Positions 36,127 through 40,535 of a stretch of 40,535 nucleotides of DNA are shown piece by piece. Origin of the DNA: a virus (lineage: Duplodnaviria > Caudoviricetes); the IMG/VR virus record IMGVR_UViG_3300049173_000046, positions 1 to 40,535 of that record, one strand, 5' to 3'. The translations under genes were made by a program, and so were the position numbers. Below the pieces are notes generated by a model. It did not search any database. It was not told the origin of the DNA and was given only the letters and a program-made list of their open reading frames with translations. The number at the start of each line of letters is the position of its first letter. Position 1 is the stretch's first letter.

Positions 36127-36160
36127 CGTCTAATTTTCCTAGACGTTTGCCGGTAGAATG
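36127..36160 (+). promoter_or_regulatory. Operator and -10 upstream of PLD gene
   Basis: CGTCTA-ATTTTCC-TAGACG (36127-36145), TAGAAT at 36154. Confidence 0.6.
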
Positions 36161-36194
36161 GTAGACGTCAGCAAGGGAAGCAAGGGAGAACAAA

Positions 36195-36926
36195 ATGGCG
36201 AATTTCGGCGGGCAGCAGCAAAAGTTCCGGCGCGGGGATGAACTGCCGCTAAACGTGGAACCGGCCCCAGACGTCTCGGGCGTCCGGGGGATAGTCCGGC
36301 CCCGGACCAAACGCCGGCACCGGATGCTCCGGACCGCTTCGGCGTTCCGGGCCCTGGAACCGTTCACGCCGGGTGTTGATTATGAGGTTATGACTAACGG
36401 GGAATTCTCCCTGCTGGACGCCGTCCTCGTGCTGCTGGAACGGTCCGGGCCCGCGGACGTCTCCATCTGCACTTGGTCCGCCGGGCTCTATGACTCGGAA
36501 GTAATGAACCGGTTCATCGAAACGGGCAATATTCGGACGTTCCGGCTCGTGCTGGACGTCGGGTTCAACAAACTAGCGGGCAAGCAAGATTACGCCGTAA
36601 CGCTTATGGACGTCTTCGGGGAGGAACATATCCGGACTACCCGGACCCACGCGAAATTCGTCACTATCTCCAACGAAACGCACGCGTTCTCAATCTCAAG
36701 TACGGCGAACCTGAACGATAACAAGCGGCTGGAACTGTTCTACCTGTCGGACGACCCGGTTCGGTGCCAGTGGTTCGAAACGGTGGTCGACGAACTGTTC
36801 CTAGACGTCAAGCCGGGCTGGAATCCGGACCGCGGCGCGCCGGCGCTCAAGCGGGTGGACCCGACCTCGGTTCCGGTGCAAATGGCTAAGGGCAAAATTC
36901 AAATGGGAAGGCTAGGCGATGGCTGA
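36195..36926 (+). CDS. Phospholipase D/Nuc-superfamily protein (single HxK motif)
   Basis: THAKFVTI..SSTANLN..RLE. Confidence 0.7.
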   Translation: MANFGGQQQKFRRGDELPLNVEPAPDVSGVRGIVRPRTKRRHRMLRTASAFRALEPFTPGVDYEVMTNGEFSLLDAVLVLLERSGPADVSICTWSAGLYDSEVMNRFIETGNIRTFRLVLDVGFNKLAGKQDYAVTLMDVFGEEHIRTTRTHAKFVTISNETHAFSISSTANLNDNKRLELFYLSDDPVRCQWFETVVDELFLDVKPGWNPDRGAPALKRVDPTSVPVQMAKGKIQMGRLGDG

Positions 36927-37023
36927 ATACATGCGGCGGGCTGAAAAGGCACTTAGGACGGGGCAGCCGGGGCTCGCGCTGCTCTACATGCGGCGGGGCC
37001 TGGAAGTAGGGGCCCGGAAGTGA
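36919..37023 (+). CDS. 34-aa peptide (not in ORF track)
   Basis: GGAAGG SD; overlaps both neighbours. Confidence 0.5.
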   Translation: MAEYMRRAEKALRTGQPGLALLYMRRGLEVGARK

Positions 37024-37358
37024 CGCCGGCGGCTAAGCGTCCGCCGGCGGACCCGTTCCCGGCACCGGACCACCTCGACTCGGCGGCCGCGGCCGTTTGG
37101 GTGGAAGTGGTCACGGCGCACGATAACCCGGCCAAAATAGTGGGCCCGGACCTGGAAGCGTACTGCGGGCAAGTGGCCTTGCTCCGCGACGCGCGGGCCC
37201 GGATAGCGCGGGAAGGTTTGATAATTGAAGACGAACGCGGCCGGCCGGATGTTCATCCCGCTATCGCTCTTGAGACTAAGGCACAAGCGGAAATTAGGGC
37301 GTGGGGCGATAAATTCCGGGGCAGGACTCCACGGCCGGAACCTCGGCGGGCCGGCTAA
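37020..37358 (+). CDS. Second, P27-family terminase small subunit-like protein
   Basis: PAPDHL..A..VW..D.LEAYC..I.REG..G..HPA. Confidence 0.7.
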   Translation: MTPAAKRPPADPFPAPDHLDSAAAAVWVEVVTAHDNPAKIVGPDLEAYCGQVALLRDARARIAREGLIIEDERGRPDVHPAIALETKAQAEIRAWGDKFRGRTPRPEPRRAG

Positions 37359-37591
37359 TGGCCGTCGAAACTTTCCGGATGATATGGCCGGTTATCGACA
37401 CGCGCCGGACCCGGCAGGAACTCATGGCGGAAGCGGCGGCGGACCTCCGGGCCGAATATGAAAAGTTAGGGGTCCGGCCGGTGTCTGCTCCGACCTTCAA
37501 TTTCAAGCCGGACGATATCGGCCGGCCGGCGCTTTGGGCTCAAGTCGCCGTGGTGATGCTGCCGCGGCTGCCGGAAGGCGGGGCAGGGTGA
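37358..37591 (+). CDS. Hypothetical protein
   Basis: TAATG coupling. Confidence 0.65.
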   Translation: MAVETFRMIWPVIDTRRTRQELMAEAAADLRAEYEKLGVRPVSAPTFNFKPDDIGRPALWAQVAVVMLPRLPEGGAG

Positions 37592-37815
37592 ACGAACGCG
37601 CGGACCAAAGGGCAGCGGCCCAGGACCGCTTTACTCGCGCCGTCACGGCATGGTGCCGGAAAACGTGGAACCTCGACGTCGTCGTGTTGGAAGCAATGGA
37701 CCGGCCGGACGGGCTCGACGTCATACGGGCGGACGGGCAGGAATTCACGCCGGCTCAAGCTCGGGCCCTGGCCGGCTGGCGGCTGGGGTACGCGGTACTA
37801 GGGGGGCGGTTTTAG
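37588..37815 (+). CDS. Hypothetical protein
   Basis: GTGA coupling, MNERADQ.. Confidence 0.6.
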   Translation: MNERADQRAAAQDRFTRAVTAWCRKTWNLDVVVLEAMDRPDGLDVIRADGQEFTPAQARALAGWRLGYAVLGGRF

Positions 37816-38021
37816 TGGCTGGATTCAACGCGGGGAAGGACCTGGACGAATGGCGGGAACGGTGCGACGGGGCCCCCGATAACCCGGCCCTGGCGTCCGA
37901 AACGGTGGAAAAGGCGGAAGCGCGGGCGGCCGCCGGCTGGACGTGGCCGGTATCCGGCGACGAAACGGCGCGATATCGGGCCCGCGGGATCCCATACTTC
38001 GGAAGGCGGCGGAACAAGTGA
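37815..38021 (+). CDS. Hypothetical protein
   Basis: TAGTG coupling, MAGFNAGK.. Confidence 0.6.
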   Translation: MAGFNAGKDLDEWRERCDGAPDNPALASETVEKAEARAAAGWTWPVSGDETARYRARGIPYFGRRRNK

Positions 38022-38260
38022 CGGCGGAACAAACGGCGGACGCTATCGCGGACGCGTGGGGTTATGTCCTCAGTACCCAGGAACATATGGAATTGCTCGT
38101 CCTCTGCCGCGGCGGGGTCACGCTGGACGACTTCGAATTCGCGCGGGCCGCGCTGCTCCGGTCCTGGCGGGTGAATGAAGAATGGGGCTACTTGCGGACG
38201 GTCATGCTCTGCCATAGGGCGGAACGGCTCGTGGTCCGGGCGGAAGCTCTGGCCGAATGA
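38018..38260 (+). CDS. Hypothetical protein
   Basis: GTGA coupling, MTAEQTAD.. Confidence 0.6.
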   Translation: MTAEQTADAIADAWGYVLSTQEHMELLVLCRGGVTLDDFEFARAALLRSWRVNEEWGYLRTVMLCHRAERLVVRAEALAE

Positions 38261-38379
38261 CGGCGGACCCTTGCGGCCGGCGGACCCTGGACGAATGGCA
38301 GGCGGAACATAGGGCGGCCTGCGCGGAATGCCGGAAGGCGGAACAAGTGAGCGGGGGTGAGTCTGGTGAGTTTGGGTGA
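38257..38379 (+). CDS. 40-aa Cys/His peptide (not in ORF track)
   Basis: ATGA coupling; C..H..CAEC. Confidence 0.5.
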   Translation: MTADPCGRRTLDEWQAEHRAACAECRKAEQVSGGESGEFG

Positions 38380-38401
38380 ATCTGGTGAATCTGGTGAATC
38401 T
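38356..38401 (+). repeat. 9-bp tandem repeat GGTGA(A/G)TCT x5
   Basis: Direct reading; copy 2 is 10 bp (GGTGAGTTTG). Confidence 0.9.
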
Positions 38402-38581
38402 GTCGTCCTCGTGGATACCCTCGCCGCGGCCGCGGCAGTGAACCGGCCCGCCGGCACGGTCCGGCGCTGGGCAAACGAGGGCCGAATAGTACGGCAGGGG
38501 ACCGACAAAAAGGGCCGGACCGTCTACCGGCTGGAGGACGTCTACCGGGCAGCTTCCGAACTCCGATACGGGAAGCGTTAG
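38357..38581 (+). CDS. MerR-like HTH protein
   Basis: VDT.AAA..RP.GTVRRWA..G..Y.L.DV. Confidence 0.75.
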   Translation: MSLVSLGESGESGESVVLVDTLAAAAAVNRPAGTVRRWANEGRIVRQGTDKKGRTVYRLEDVYRAASELRYGKR

Positions 38582-39024
38582 GACCCGTTCCGTCCTGGGA
38601 CCCGTAACGTCTGCGCGTCCGCGCTGATCCGGGAAGCTCGGGACCAGGCACGGTTCGCGCCGGCATAGTCGCCGCGGTTGCTCCGCTGGTTGCCTATGCG
38701 CTCGACGTGCCGGGCCAGGTTCATTAGTCGCCGGTATCGGACTAGGTTCTCGGGCGGAACATGCACGCTTATTCGCTTCCGGGGGGCCGGGTCCTCGCGG
38801 GCCGGCGGCGGGGTGGGGTTATGGCACTCGGGGCACTTCGGGTCCGGCGGGTGGCCGGCGTTACGGGTCCACTCAACAAAAGACGCGCGCCGGCCGGTTA
38901 TCCGGCTCTTATGCTCCACGGCATAACCGTGGCGCTTCCCTTCCACGGCTTCGGCATACGGCAGGTGGTAGACGTCGCCGGCCATTCCGGGCGCGCTGCT
39001 GTCGCAAATGTTGAACAAGTACAC
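38578..39024 (-). CDS. Hypothetical protein
   Basis: 148-aa ORF, H..CPEC; TAGGCT -10 7 nt before GTG (leaderless). Confidence 0.6.
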   Translation of the reverse strand: MYLFNICDSSAPGMAGDVYHLPYAEAVEGKRHGYAVEHKSRITGRRASFVEWTRNAGHPPDPKCPECHNPTPPPAREDPAPRKRISVHVPPENLVRYRRLMNLARHVERIGNQRSNRGDYAGANRAWSRASRISADAQTLRVPGRNGS

Positions 39025-39277
39025 GCCGGGCAGCCTACCCGGAACGGCAAAAAACTAAGCAATGTGGCGTCCACCACTAGCGGCGTTACCGTCCAGCTTG
39101 ACTGGACTCATTCGACTAGTGAACAATTACGGGCAGGTAGCGAACGTGGCTCGGGTGACGGTTCTGCTCCATTTTCCGGGCGGCGGATTCGCGGCCTAAA
39201 GGCTCCGGCGCTTCCGACGTTTCCCCCATAACTGCGGTCGTGCCGGGGCCGTCTGACTGATTAGGGGGCCCCGCGGC

Positions 39278-39511
39278 ATGACTGAGCAAACGGCGAAATT
39301 CGTGGTGGAAGTGACGGCCGGCATTATTCCCGGCCGCGTCGATGATGCGCACACGCGCCGTTACGTCATAACCGGGGAAGAATGGGCCGATTGTCCGGAA
39401 CCTGCCGGACTCCTGGCCGAACTGAACGGGAAGGCTCAAGGCTACGCCGGGCTGCTTATGCTCCAGCCTGATTACCTGAATTGGGTACGGGTCGATTGGG
39501 TTCTGCTGTGA
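39278..39511 (+). CDS. Hypothetical protein
   Basis: AGGGGG SD; NWVRVDW end. Confidence 0.7.
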   Translation: MTEQTAKFVVEVTAGIIPGRVDDAHTRRYVITGEEWADCPEPAGLLAELNGKAQGYAGLLMLQPDYLNWVRVDWVLL

Positions 39512-39627
39512 CGTCGGAAGCGGAAGCGCACTGGCGCGTTACCTATGACGCGGACGGCGAACCTATCGGGGAAGTCTGCCGATGCGATATCGGGCAGGAC
39601 CATAAGGGAAGCGGGGCCGTCCTGTGA
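39508..39627 (+). CDS. 39-aa peptide (not in ORF track)
   Basis: GTGA overlaps both sides; CRC..DH. Confidence 0.5.
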   Translation: MTSEAEAHWRVTYDADGEPIGEVCRCDIGQDHKGSGAVL

Positions 39628-39974
39628 CGTCGGACCCTTTGGCCGGCTCGGTCCGCTTCGGTGTCGTGTCCTGCGGGAAGCGCGCGCCGGGACCGTTCGC
39701 GGAAAAGCTCGGGCCCTGCATCCTGGAACCTGGACACTCTGACGATGTCCCTTGCCGGTTCAAAAACTTAGACGGGCCGGGCACGGTCAGCGCGGTTGCG
39801 CTGCCGGTGCCGGATGAAATAGCGGCCGCCGTGGCGGACCTCGGGGAACATATCGTCAAGCTCGAACGGACCCGCCGGAACATGCGCCGGACCTCGGCCC
39901 TACTGGGCATGGCGCTCGTGGCTAACCTCGTGTCCTCGGTCTGGTCACTGGGCCGGGCCCTGCACTGGTGGTAA
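39624..39974 (+). CDS. C-terminal TM protein
   Basis: C..H motif, coiled coil, hydrophobic C-term. Confidence 0.6.
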   Translation: MTSDPLAGSVRFGVVSCGKRAPGPFAEKLGPCILEPGHSDDVPCRFKNLDGPGTVSAVALPVPDEIAAAVADLGEHIVKLERTRRNMRRTSALLGMALVANLVSSVWSLGRALHWW

Positions 39975-39976
39975 CC

Positions 39977-40111
39977 GTGCCGGCCGTCTGTCCTGAATGC
40001 CGGGACCAAAAGCACGGCAACTGCATAGGGTACGCGCTAGGCGCGGACGACGTCGTGGTGTCCTGCGGGTGCGACGGCTCGGACTCCTGCGGAACCAACT
40101 TAGCTACTTAG
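39977..40111 (+). CDS. 44-aa Cys-rich peptide (not in ORF track)
   Basis: CPEC..KH.NC..C.C. Confidence 0.55.
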   Translation: MPAVCPECRDQKHGNCIGYALGADDVVVSCGCDGSDSCGTNLAT

Positions 40112-40190
40112 GTACTTAGCTACTGACGGTGGGGGGGTACTCCTGCCGGGGGCGGGGGTACTCCTACTAAGGGTGGGGGGGTGCCTGGCC

Positions 40191-40466
40191 GTGGCTAAGA
40201 ACAGGCAGACTCGCCGGGCTAGGCGATTGGCCGCGGACCTCAAGGCGCGGCACGATGCGTGTTGGCTATGCGGTGAACCTATCGACTACACGCTGCACCA
40301 CTCGGACCCTATGGCTTTTAGCGTGGACCATATCAAACCTTGGTCCACTCATCCTGAACTACGGGAGGACCCAGCCAACCTGGCCGCGGCTCATTCATCC
40401 TGCAACAAACGACGGGGCAACGGCTCGGCTCCTGTTGGCCTGGGCCTTTTGTCTCGTGCCTGGTAG
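40191..40466 (+). CDS. HNH endonuclease (terminase-associated)
   Basis: CWLCG, VDHIKP, NL..AH..CN..RG; last gene before cos. Confidence 0.93.
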   Translation: MAKNRQTRRARRLAADLKARHDACWLCGEPIDYTLHHSDPMAFSVDHIKPWSTHPELREDPANLAAAHSSCNKRRGNGSAPVGLGLLSRAW

Positions 40467-40535
40467 GTCAAGGGGTGGCCGGCTCTGAATTTTTCCGCCG
40501 TTCCTCTCCCTGGGGGGTAAGGGCGTCTGAATCGC
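40409..40535. repeat. Copy of 1-127 (assembly overlap)
   Basis: Exact match. Confidence 0.95.

Noticed and set aside
38356-38401. CRISPR mini-array or DGR repeat
   Set aside because: Units are 9 bp without spacers; no cas or reverse transcriptase gene seen in the genome
40409-40535. Biological direct terminal repeat
   Set aside because: Exactly 127 bp and cuts through the HNH gene; assembler overlap. HNH plus this terminase arrangement suggests cos ends
1-40535. tRNA genes
   Set aside because: No cloverleaf with a canonical T-loop recognised by eye; needs tRNAscan-SE/Aragorn to exclude

Overview
The window is a complete, circularly assembled genome of a high-GC siphovirus of Actinobacteria; gene content and order suggest an Arthrobacter/Micrococcaceae-type host, but that is inference. 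Bases 1-127 repeat exactly at 40409-40535 (assembly overlap), so the unit genome is 40,408 bp. Layout: HNH/cos/terminase, portal-MuF fusion, HK97 protease and capsid, neck, tail (GGGGGAA -1 frameshift chaperone, 786-aa tape measure), minor tails, lysis cassette (amidase-2xLysM), a leftward accessory operon (AlpA-like, Lsr2-like, HTH), parA plus an RHH-type partner, a ~740-bp structured non-coding region, a repressor/Cro switch, and a rightward early region (YqaJ/RecT, RusA, initiator with internal iterons, N4/N6 MTase, DUF4406-like, Arr-like ADP-ribosyltransferase, SSB, PLD-family protein, a second P27-like small terminase). I found no integrase and no dedicated plasmid Rep, so this looks like a temperate phage-plasmid. 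Most notable: (i) a candidate RNA-based prophage origin at 26003-26745; (ii) a 10-mer GGCCCCCGTT found at least 12 times on the + strand only, mostly 2-3.7 kb apart and regardless of gene direction; (iii) genome-wide strand asymmetry (GCTC much more common than GAGC on +); (iv) a GTCTA-N7-TAGAC operator that also sits in front of a PLD + orphan TerS cassette; (v) 8-bp parS-like repeats dispersed away from par; (vi) a type-I-toxin-like micro-ORF whose start codon lies in a hairpin. All calls are by eye and motif recall; no database searches were run and counts are manual.
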